Notes under the pieces: model-generated | Databases searched by the model: none | Told to the model about the DNA's origin: nothing | What the model saw: only the letters and a program-made list of their open reading frames with translations | In this document: piece by piece, positions 38,996-49,736 of the stretch | How the letters are laid out: each line of letters starts with the position of its first letter | Numbering within the stretch: position 1 is the first letter of the stretch | Origin: Podarcis tiliguerta | Lineage: Eukaryota | NCBI GenBank assembly: GCA_965153285.1 | Contig: OZ229113.1 | Reading direction: 5' to 3' (one strand) | DNA: 64,000 bases | Made by a program: the position numbers and the translations under genes

Positions 38996-41372
38996 AGTTT
39001 ATTAAATTTATATTGATAAAAGCAATCATTGATATATATATATGCCTTCTACCCACAATAAGTAGAGGCCTGCCTGCCTGCTAACAACCAATCTCCCTGG
39101 ACACATTTAACTTTGCGTGCTATGAAAGGAATTCCTTTTGTTGATGTTTCTTAAGTCTATAGCCCTTATGGTTGTGAGAAGATACCTTCAGCCTTCAAAA
39201 ATGTGAATCCAGCATTAAAATACCTCTGCAGTTGCATATGCAACCCCACAGGCATGAGCTATCTTTTGCTAAGAATGTAAGAGCCCTGATGCTCTTACCA
39301 AACACCTGGTGCTGAACCAAAACAACAATCTCCCTAGTCCAGCATCTTGTTTCTCACACTGGCAGCCTTATGCCTCTGGTATTAAAAGGAATGCTGTCTA
39401 ATCCTGTTGTGCCAGTTCTCTTCAGTTTCTCTAACCAAAACACTAAAGCTGCCCAGTAGTCGGGGTGGGGGGGAATCCCCTCAATCACAGGAAGATTATG
39501 GGTGAACAAGAAACACCTAAAAATATCCAACAGCTGTAAAAAAAGAGAGAATACATAGAAAACCTACAATAGGATGATCTACGTAGACGAAAACACACAC
39601 AAAGTACCTAATTCCCAATGAATAACAAACACAAGAAAAAAGCTGCTTCACAAACAAACAGTTCAAGAGAGCTATCTTTTCTCCTAAATACATTTCTCAG
39701 CCCCTTACCAAATGGGTAAGCAGATTCAGTTTAGGGTTTGGATGACACATTAAACTATGGCTAATCAAAAGCAAGCGATAGCTTTCCATCTTCCCGTTGC
39801 CATGTTACACTGACAAGCATGGAAACACAAAGCTCGGGGTGGCTCCTTCTCATCCCACTAAACTCAAGTTAATATGATGTTTGAATGTGGCCAATGTGTT
39901 TGAATTCTCTCCCGTATTAAAAATAAATAAACCCCTGAACAAACTAGTACGCTTAAGAGAAGCTTAGATGTTTGGGTTTTTATTTTGTTTTTACGTGAGA
40001 GAGAATATTTCAACATGTCATCTTCCACCTGCTACTTGAAACGGCCTATTTTAGGGACGTAGTGTGCCATGTGGCATTTCTGAACGTGTTTAGAACTGCA
40101 GTTTAAGTCTTTCTAAGAATATTTTTAGAATAAACCAAAACCTGTTTAAGGATTCAATTCAGTTTTTAAAATAAAGATACCTAAATCCCTCACTTGGAAA
40201 CTATTATGTTTTGTAACAGGTAAGTCCAGAGGCCATGCGTGGTTCTGAGGCCTCAGGACTCTTTCTAGGCCACATCCCCTCAGCAGCCCTAACTCTGCAG
40301 CCTCCTTGGGTGCTTTTGCCTGTCCTTGAGGAGACATGTATGCATAGAAACCTCTGACCTTTGGTGTTTGGGTGTGTGCACAGAAACCATGGCTGGAATG
40401 CAGCCTACTGTATGGTGCAGAGATGGGGAACCTGTGGCCACTAGGTTGTTATTGGAATCCCAACAGCCCCAGCCAGGATGATGGGAGATGAAGTCCAGCA
40501 ACATATGGAGGGTCACAGGTTCTACGTCCCTGCTAAGAGTCACATGATCTAATGCTCTACCTGTTTTGGCATCTGGCTTAACCCACTGCTGACATGTGGC
40601 CCACAACAGGTTGCTCATGAGGGGAATACATTACTCAGGCTGAAAAAGATTTCCTATCCCTTCTTTTCATATCCTTATAGATCACAATATGCTTTTGTTA
40701 TGATTTTTTGTGTGTGTGACTAAGATCTCTCCACATCCCAAAGCAGAACTACATCAGGCCTCATGCCAAACCTTGGTAGGCATTATGTGAGCACACAGTT
40801 CAGCGCCTTGGGCTTATACTGCCCTCACATGCCCTCATGTGAAGGCAATTCACTCTCTTACAAAACCTGATCTAATGCAAAAAGTAATGCAACATAAGGC
40901 TCTCAAGAACCTACAAGCACTAAAGACCACCTGTCCAAAAAATTACCTTCCTTCTCTCCAACCCTGTTATATAGTGGAGATGTTTAACTTCCATTTATGC
41001 CATTTCCCCACAACATCATGTTTTTCTAGCTCTTATTTATGAACCAAATATCACCAAGAAGGCCAGAGCACTAGGATTGACTTTACTGCCTGCCACAGTT
41101 ACAGACTTCTTATTGTGACAAATCATACACTGAATGTTTTTTAAATTAACATCTAGTCACCTTTACTGTTCTAAACCACACCAATCTTGCACACAAGCAC
41201 CCTTATGCACTTGATATCCAGTGCTAATTTTTAAAGAATGCATAACTTAACAAATGCAAGTCTTGGAACTTAGTTGTAGAGTGCAAAGGCAAACAACTAG
41301 CAATATATGTTAGAATTCAAGCATTTAAAAAAATGGCCAGTGCAGACATTTCGCAAGCGTATCAAAGCTTAC

Positions 41373-41453
41373 CTTCTCCAACAACGAATTCTGCCACAAT
41401 CTAAAGATATTGAGGTAGCTTCTGTCTCTGGCACTGAATGAAGTAAAGAAAAA
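41373..41453 (-). CDS. GRAMD1C: GRAMD1C coding exon (GRAM domain end)
   Basis: tgcAG|FFFTSFSARDRSYLNIFRLWQNSLLEK|GTAAGC; 81 nt, phase 0 to 0. Confidence 0.97.
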
Positions 41454-41744
41454 CTGCAAAGAAAAATGACAATTGTGTACAATTTGTAATATGATCTGAA
41501 TGTTGCATATCCTCATCCCAAGGAAAATACATGGAACTAAGGCTACATGATTTCAGTTGATTTTGTTCCCATTAATAAGGCTGTCCCCATCCGGATGGAT
41601 TTCAGAGGACAACTTAACACACATCTGTTCACACAGGCATTTGGGGGAGGTCCGTTGTTGAGAAGGACTATTTCTGACGCTGCTGCTGAGCTGTTTTGAT
41701 TGGCATAATATGTTTTTAAATTGTGCTTAAATTAATTACTTAAA

Positions 41745-42675
41745 TCACCAAACGTTTATTAGGCACCACAAGTATAGGTTATCATAAAACTTAATAAAAC
41801 AGCTATGTAAAATATATAATGAAACAGGTTTTAATTGGGATTTCTTCCCACTAAATAATGCCATTGACCACTCTAAGAGATACTACTGACAAACACTCAG
41901 CCACCCTTGCAGTTACTTCCAGGTTAATGTCAGACAGATAGAATCCGATATTTTCATTGTGCCATGGTGTTAGACTACCCAAAAAGGGGGATAGCACATG
42001 TTTGTGTAGCTGGTTGTACAATGGACAGTAGAAAATGATATGTTCTACAGTGTCCAACACATTCAAATAACATCCACAATGTCTATCATTTCTGGAGATG
42101 TTTAAATATCTGCCCTTGACAAAAGCTGGGGGGGGGGAAACATTCAGTCGGGTTAACATAAAGGCCTGCTTTGGACTGGAATTATTAATTTTGAGATATA
42201 AGTGACCCTCTTATCTGTTGTATTTAAACCATAGAACTTGAGGGAGCAAATTTTATTTACAGCTGACTCGATGTTTAGCTTTTCGATGTCCCTTAATCTG
42301 GTTTGAATATTGTGATAAATATATTGCTCACTTGAATTATACAAGGGTTCCAAGTCAATGCCAATATATCTGATTTTGCTATGTAAGAGTTGGAATCCTC
42401 TGGATTTATAAGAGTCCTTAAGTAAGTCAGAGAGCAGACTCAAAGGTTGGCAACGGAAATGGCAACACAACCAGTATTTTATAGGGCTATCCCACACCCA
42501 TTATTCCATCGTGTGTATACCTAGTTCTTCACACATTGTCTCATACTTGATTGAACTTGGGAGCCCCAGGATATGTCTCAAGAAACTTGAGCGTATTTTA
42601 TCTAAATAACTATTATATGCTTGTATCCATATTGGGATCCTAAAAAGTAGCTGGGATGACACTTTAGCTTGAAAA
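41745..42675 (-). mobile_element. Decayed non-LTR retrotransposon ORF2 C-terminus (RTE-X/I-clade-like)
   Basis: Frameshifted LTRLNVSP..GRY..RHCGCYLNVLDTVEHIIFYCPLY CCHC-type motif; AATAAA-containing 3' end near 41755. Confidence 0.7.
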
Positions 42676-43429
42676 ATGTGTGTATTTTAAATTGTTTTAT
42701 GGTTTTATTGTGTGTGCTCATCACCCAGATATTACAGGATGAGCAGTATGTTTATAAATATAATAACAAAATAAAATGTTTACATTGAGATGCTATACAA
42801 ATCTAATCAGAAATAAGTCCCACTAAGCTCAACAGGGTTTACTGCCACATAGGTCATCAGGGCAAATGGGGCACTACCCCATTAACTTCAGATAGCCCCC
42901 ACTTATATTGAGTCCAGGGGGTTGCAGTGGCTGTCACTTTCCTCTTCCTTAGTGTCAGTGTTGCCAATGTAGAACTCAGCCAGGTAAAGAATGGAGGCAA
43001 AACTAGATAAGCAGGGGGACAAATCAGGAGGTAGCAGCAACTGATCAGGAGGATGCAAGAGGGATCCAGATGACAGCAGATCCACCCACCTCAGAAAAGC
43101 ACGCATTTGCAATCCTGACATTTCCACAAAGCAAGGAAGTCCTGCAAGTGAGCTTGCCACGCCTTGTCTTTAAAAGCATGGCTTGTGGGGTGCGGAAACA
43201 ATTGGGGCATCATCATTGTTTACATCCAGTTCTTAGCATCTTGTCTGATTCCTGAACTCCTGAACTGTGTGTGTGCTGCCTAGCTGGTACTGTTACATGC
43301 TTGAATAAATATCTATTCCCCCCCCCCCCTTACACATAAGAATCTCTGTCTGTGTGTGCTGGGCAAGAGCCAGGACAGTTCAGCATTTTTTAAGAAAAGG
43401 AGTAAAGAATAAATTAAAGAGCATCACAC

Positions 43430-43525
43430 CTTCTCCCCTTCAGTTGCTATCTGGATGGCATTTGGGATGAGCCGAGCTGTCTTCTCTTTTGTCATGAAGG
43501 TGATATCCTTCAAGGCGATAGAAAT
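43430..43525 (-). CDS. GRAMD1C: GRAMD1C coding exon (GRAM domain)
   Basis: ctcAG|ISIALKDITFMTKEKTARLIPNAIQIATEGEK|GTGTGA; 96 nt, phase 0 to 0. Confidence 0.97.
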
Positions 43526-44013
43526 CTGAGGTTCAAGAACACACATGAAGTAAAACAATGTAAGACCTCAGTGTAAGACATAGTATGTCATAGTATGTAA
43601 AACATTGGTTTTCAGACTTGCTATCCACAAGGAACCTTTTTTATATCAACTTGTCTGCAGCAGAACCTTCTAGGTGTGGCAGAGAATTCTGGGCACACAA
43701 AAAAGTGGGGTGCAGATCACTTTAGGAAAGTAAGGACTAGCCCAAGACATTTTGCCACCTGAGGCAAAGGTGTGTCCCTCCCCCACCCCATGTCCAGAAG
43801 CCAGTCATACTGGCAGTTAAATATCACTTCAACACTGGCAATGAATGGGACAGCATCTATCACCACACTTGAGGAAGAGCAAGGCCACCTCAGCCAGCCA
43901 CCTCACTTTGCCTAATGGTAGGTCAATCCCAATTTTGCTGCCCGAGGTCATTGTCTCACTATGCCTGATGGTAGGGTCAGTCCTGAGGAGTCATTGCAGG
44001 CACATGCACACAT

Positions 44014-44050
<37 letters not shown>

Positions 44051-44056
44051 CCTTAC

Positions 44057-44160
44057 TGTGGTCTCCCATCGGAAGATGTTGCTGTGGAAACAGAGCCAGT
44101 TTTCAGAAAGATACAGACGTCCTTGAAGGAGGATATCCTTCTGGAGAGCACAGGCATAAT
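44057..44160 (-). CDS. GRAMD1C: GRAMD1C coding exon (GRAM domain)
   Basis: tttAG|AT, (D)YACALQKDILLQGRLYLSENWLCFHSNIFRWETT|GTAAGG; 104 nt, phase 1 to 0. Confidence 0.97.
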
Positions 44161-44859
44161 CTAAAAAGGGAAATGATAAAAGAGTGTATCTTTTTAACAG
44201 AGCTCAGCTAAACTCATGATTTAGCTTATCAGCAATGTTGTGCTCCTAAGGAACTTCAAGCAGCTTTAAGTATCTTGTGGGTGGTTGTTGAAATGAAGGA
44301 AATTTTCTTCATTTGTCAGAGGGATACCTGAAACATTTCGTATTCTGAGCAGCTTCAGAAAAAAAAACCCTTTTAAAGAATAGTGTACAACTATTTTAAG
44401 ATGTGAGGAAAATTAACATGTGCTTCATTCCTCAGTAAACCTACATGCTTGGCAAAACTTCAAAAACAGGTTGAGGAAAAAAGGCATGTCTGTGCTGGAA
44501 TAGGGATATCCTTGAAACTTACATGCATCTGAAGTGATGTATCTGACCCTGCTCTTTTACAGAATGGTCATCAGGTTAAGCCTAATGTTGTCTGCTCATA
44601 GTCTGGATGCCCACGGACTTACATAATTTAAAAGGTGAGCTCACTTTGGAAGTGCATTCGCCAGGTTTTATTTAGGTATATCATCTTCTCTCCCTTAATA
44701 AGTTGAGCAGAAACTGGTTCTGCCAGTTTGCAACAAAAGATTGACTGGAAGCTGGTGACATCATTACTTCCAGAACCAGTTTTTCCAAGGGTTACACACT
44801 TGAGGGCCAAACTGCTCCTAATGTTATATGTGTGAATGCAGTTAATGTGTCCTCTTTTA

Positions 44860-45100
44860 CAGTGGTACCTCAGGTTAAGTACTTAATTCGTTCCGGAGGT
44901 CTGTTCTTAACCTGAAACTGTTCTTAACCTGAAGCACCACTTTAGCTAATGGGGCCTCCTGCTGCTGCCGCACCGCCAGAGCACAATTTCTGTTCTTATC
45001 CTGAAGCAAAATTCTTAACCTGAAGCACTATTTCTGGGTTAGCGGAGTCTGTAACGTGAAGCGTATGTAACCTGAAGCGATGTAACCTGAGGTACCACTG
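44860..45100 (+). mobile_element. Tc1/mariner MITE (241 bp)
   Basis: Same TIR and TA TSD as 18054. Confidence 0.9.
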
Positions 45101-45602
45101 TATTTTTAATAGCAGCTGCTGGGAGGAGCAGGAATGAAACTCTGTTACATCCTTTCCCTCCATTCCCATGGTCCTGGTGTCAGACACAGACACACGTAAG
45201 TTACTGTAGGCCCCAGAAGGGAAGCAGCCATTAATACTGGCATTAATAATGACAATTTCCCTCCTGGAGAAAACAGCAGCTTTGAGGTATAGACATTTTT
45301 CACAGGGACCATGGCATGGAGAGAGAAGAGAATAAAACTTAAAACTGAAACCCTGCAAAGCACATATTCTGCTTACCAACTCTGGCCCCTCCTCAAGATA
45401 CCAAGATTTACCCAGTTCTAAAAAGATTCCTCCTGTTACAGGCAGATTGAGGAAGCAATACAAACCCAAGATCTGCTGAGATGAGCCAGGTTAGGAATAG
45501 GCAGATCTCCAGCTGAGTCGGGGCCTACATCAGCTGAAATTCCTCATCCTTGCTCAGATGGATGTATGCCAGTTTAAGTCATCCATCCCAACTAAGGGAT
45601 TA

Positions 45603-45919
45603 AAGGTAAAGGGACCCCTGGCCATTAGGTCCAGTCGTGACCGACTCTGGGGTTGTGGCACTCATCTCGCTTTACTGGCTGAGGCAGCCGGCGTACAGCT
45701 TCTGGCGAACCAAAACAGTGCACGGAAATGTCGTTTACCTTCCCGCCGGAGCGGTACCTATTTATCTACTTGCACTTTGACATGCTTTCGAACTGGTAGG
45801 TTGGCAGGAGCAGGGACCGAGCAACGGGAGCTCACCCCGTCACGGGGATTCGAACGGCCGACCTTCTGATTGGCAAGTCCTAGGCTCTGTGGTTTAACCC
45901 ACAGCGCCACCCGCGTCCC
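45603..45919 (-). mobile_element. Sauria SINE with internal deletion
   Basis: Reverse complement of the 20775 family; TSD AACTAAGGGATTA (45590-45602 / 45921-45933). Confidence 0.9.
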
Positions 45920-45986
45920 TAACTAAGGGATTAGCGTCCCTAACTAAGGGAAAAGAGCCATTCTGGGAGAGAGGCAGGGGAGACCC

Positions 45987-46112
45987 AGTGTCTTTTTTCT
46001 AGAAAAACAGGTGCCAGTACCCACCATAAAGTTACTGTAACAAGTGCCATACTTTTAAAAAGAGGCGCCAGTACTGTGTACCCTTGAGTACCCCCTGAGG
46101 AGAAAAGCACTG
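45987..46112. mobile_element. Small MITE-like element
   Basis: Imperfect inverted termini cagtgtctttttt / aaaagcactg. Confidence 0.5.
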
Positions 46113-46176
46113 GGGAGATCTACAGTAACCCATTGCAAACTCTGTTCAGCTCGGTCACCCACAGGAAGTGACAAAA

Positions 46177-46420
46177 AAGAAGAAGAAGAGTTTGGATATT
46201 ATATCCCGCTTTACCACTACCCGAAGGAGTCTCAAAGTGGCTAACATTCTCCTTTCCTTTCCTCCCCCACAACAAACACTCTGTGAGGTGAGTGGGGCTG
46301 AGATACTTCAGAGAAGTGTGACTGGCCCAAGGTCACCCAGCAGCTGCGTGTGGAGGAGCGGAGACGCGAACCCGGTTCCCCAGATTATGAGTCTACTGCT
46401 CTTAACCACTACACCACACT
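46177..46420 (-). mobile_element. Squam3-like SINE
   Basis: Same body as 4390 and 27990. Confidence 0.88.
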
Positions 46421-47104
46421 ATTTTAAAGGCTTGTTTTCCCTCTGCTAGGCTCAGGCCACCTCAGCCATCAGTATCCCCTGTCCTTCAGGGGGTAAATTA
46501 CACAGGCATAATATACCCCAGCATAAATCAGGCTTGCTTCTTGCAGCTCAGATTGCCCTGCCCATTTTACAAATTGCTCAGACTTCACACTGCACTTGAG
46601 CCCTAAAAGTGGAATCTTATGAATAAATCTGCATCAGTATCTACTGCTAACCAAAACCCACACATTTTTGCCATCACCTGTTCCAAAACAGAGTGCCTCC
46701 GTATCACTGCGACCTGGCAATCTGAACAGATAAAACAAAAACTTTCAGTGATTAGGACTCAAAGACTGTTTTAATAAATTGAGCCTCTCCATCAAATACA
46801 CTAGCTGTGAGTGGGACAGGCTTTCTCCCTATGCAGACAGTGCTTCTCTCATTGAGGAATAATTATTTCCAAACACTATGCATTCTAATTTATTTATCTA
46901 CGGTATTTTAAAAGCTTCTATACCACTTCTCAAGGCCAAATTGCCTAACAAATCAGTTTACAAATCAATAAGCATATACAAACGAAGTACTACAAGCATT
47001 GAAAGCCAATTATATCCAAAAATAGAATACAAAACTAGCACAGAGCAAGCAGTCCTTTTAATTCAGCATGAAAAGTTGACCTCAAAAGGGCATGATTTAA
47101 AAGG

Positions 47105-47910
47105 GGGGGGTGCTGTTTAAAAGTTGTTAAAGGCCTGCCTAACATCACTCAGAGCAGAATTCCAAAACTGGGAGACCGCCGCAGAAAAGGCAGTGTTCTA
47201 CGTGCCTGCAAGCCTAATAGTTTTTACAATAGGACTGCCATACACCCGGATTTTCCTGGACATCACCGTGATTTCAAAGGTAGAGATGACATCCTTGGGA
47301 ATTTCCAAAATGTGGTCCTTTGTCAACAACTTTGGGGTTTCCCTAAGAAAACCTGGGTTTTTTCTTTTTGAAATATGGCAACCCTATTTCACAGGCACCT
47401 GAGTAGCATGAGGGTATGAGTAGGTTAATGTGTGTGCATGCAGTCCATAATATAACCTGGTCCCAACCATTTAGGACTTTAATGTCATCACCAGCACTTT
47501 GAATTGGGCCCAGAAACACACTGGTAGCCAGTACAATTGGCTACGTATATGTTTAACACGATCTGACCTCCTGGCCCCAGTAGCTAGACAGCTGCATACT
47601 GTACCAGTTGTAACTTCTGAACTATCTTCAAATGCAAGCCCATGTAGAAAGCTTCGGAGTAGTCTAGCCTGGCAATCTCTAGCGCATGGATAATTGTGGC
47701 AAGGCCCAACGTCTCTTAATAGGTTCACGGAAAACAAACTGAAGCTGATAAGAAGCAACTTCACCCCCCACCATCTGGGGGCTGCACACCCAAGCTGCAA
47801 ACTGGGTCTTTCAGGGAGAGTGCAATTCCATCAAGGATTGGTTGAACACCTCCATCTAGGGTAATCTGCTTTCCTATTCACAGCATATCTGTTTTAGCTG
47901 GTTTAAGCAT
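47105..47910 (-). mobile_element. Old L2 LINE fragment with nested MITE
   Basis: Minus frame HIRSQLYWLPVCFWAQFKVLVMTLK and AFSAAVSQFWNS, typical L2 C-terminus. Confidence 0.7.
47230..47386. mobile_element. hAT-type MITE (157 bp), longer relative of the 45-bp element
   Basis: TAGGACTGCCATA...TATGGCAACCCTA termini; degenerate 8-bp TSD TTTTACAA/TTTCACAG. Confidence 0.65.
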
Positions 47911-49191
47911 CAAAGAGTAAGAAGGAAGGCTTCAAGGACAGAGGGCGTGGTGTCATGGAGAACTGTGCTTTTGGCCTTCTTTTCAGATTAAGAACTAGCT
48001 CTCCTCCCATTCTTTATTCTTTAAAAGGTTTTGCTCCGTCTTTTTTATCATATGTAATAGCTCCTGACTTCGCGTCACATACTGGAGAACAACAGTTGAT
48101 ACTGCTGTAGGGTGCAATACAGCAAAGCTTTAAGGTCAGAGTAGGAAACATTTTAATGTTCCTTTGAATACTATGACTTTGCACTGTCCTTGACTAGCCA
48201 AACTTGCATTCAGTGCAGCCCATGCCTAATCTGGCTGTTTACTCTTCAAATTCAGAATGGTTGTCATATGGAAAGTATGCCTCACACAAAGAGCCAAATT
48301 GCTTGCTTGCTTGCTTTCCTACACCAGTGCAAACGGCAGCTTGGAATTTTAGAATAAAGTGGAATTGTTTACGACAGACCATACTAATTCTCTATTGGAT
48401 ATGGGCTATTTTAAAGCTTCAGATAATGTTTCAGTAAGGATGTCTTAAAAATGAGATCAAGTTAGCTTGTGTCATGGGCGCATTTGAAAGCTGTGCAAAA
48501 TACACAAGGGAGATATGGAGGATTTGCAAAGGGATGAAATGAAAGGGCAGGGCCTTGTTGAACATTCTGAGAACAAAAGGCAAATACATCCAGAAGATTA
48601 AAGAGCAAAATGTCAGTGCTGTTCAAGCACAGAGAAATTAAAGGCAAGCAAGTAAGGCACAAATGAAATGAAATTAGGAAGAAGATGTTCTGCAAGTACA
48701 AATGAACTGGAAACTGACTGCCCCCCCCCCAAGATCTCTTCTTAATCTGCTGTTTGAACTTCTTGAAAATGTTTCAACATTATGGCAAGGTCCAGAGATC
48801 CAAGGCTAGGGATGGGCAAATATGTCAGTTTTGGTTTCTCTCCATTTCTCATTTTTCTTAATATCAGTTAAGTTCCCTTTTTTAAAAAATAAGTCTTCAT
48901 GAAAATTCACCAGCATTTCAGTGCTAAGTCCTCCTAATAGCATATACACATTTCTGTATTCAATTTGGTCAGATACATGCATTTTTGCAAAACAATTTCT
49001 CCTAATATAAACCATCATTGTAGACATTTTAATGCACACTTTACCCTAGAATGTGCATTTTTATGCATATTACCTAACTGGGGAACTGCATTGCAAAATT
49101 CTGAAAAGTGTGAATTTCAAAGAACAGTTGGGTTTCAGTTTACATACTGGGGAAACCCAGCCAGATGGGCGGGGTATAAATAAATTTATTA

Positions 49192-49433
49192 CAGTGGTAC
49201 CTTGGGTTAAGTACTTAATTTGTTCCGGAGGTCTGTACTTAACCTGAAACTGTTCTTAACCTGGAGCACCACTTTAGCTAATGGGGCCTCCCGCTGCTGC
49301 CGCGCCGCCGGAGCATGATTTCTGTTCTCATCCTGAAGCAAAGTTCTTAACCTGAAGCAGTATTTCTGGGTTAGCGAAGTCTGTAACCTGAAGCGTATGT
49401 AACCTGAAGCGTATGTAACCCGAGGTACCACAG
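49192..49433 (+). mobile_element. Tc1/mariner MITE, 242 bp, inserted in the tail of an L2 3' end
   Basis: TIR and TA TSD; preceded by ctggggaaacccagccagatgggcggggtataaataaatttat (49147-49190) and followed by (ATT/GTT)n. Confidence 0.88.
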
Positions 49434-49651
49434 TATTATTGTTATTGTTATTGTTGTTGTTGTTGTTGTTGTTATTCTTATTTCAGAAAGCGTGCTTCAA
49501 GGAAGGCGTCCTTTAAGTTGTTTCATTTTCTTCACAACAAAGCATTCAGTATTTTTGGCATTACGTTTCCAGGTTACAAGGTTCAAATTTGCTTTAAATA
49601 TAAAAATGCAGCTTGTAGCTCCACTCATAGGATGAAATGTTTCCCTCTTAC

Positions 49652-49736
49652 CTACTACAAGCCTTTCCAAATCTGGCAGGTGCGAGAATTGTCTCTTAAA
49701 TTCCTCATTCCTATATTTGTAAGTGGAGCTTGAGAT
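49652..49736 (-). CDS. GRAMD1C: GRAMD1C coding exon (GRAM domain start); most 5' exon recognised by homology
   Basis: ttgcAG|ISSSTYKYRNEEFKRQFSHLPDLERLVV|GTAAGA; 85 nt, phase 0 to 1 (human ISSSTYKDRNEEYRRQFTHLPDTERLIA). Confidence 0.96.

Noticed and set aside
41851-42497. Two adjacent ~100-aa ORFs on the gene strand inside GRAMD1C
   Set aside because: Frameshifted remains of a non-LTR retrotransposon ORF2, not a nested gene.
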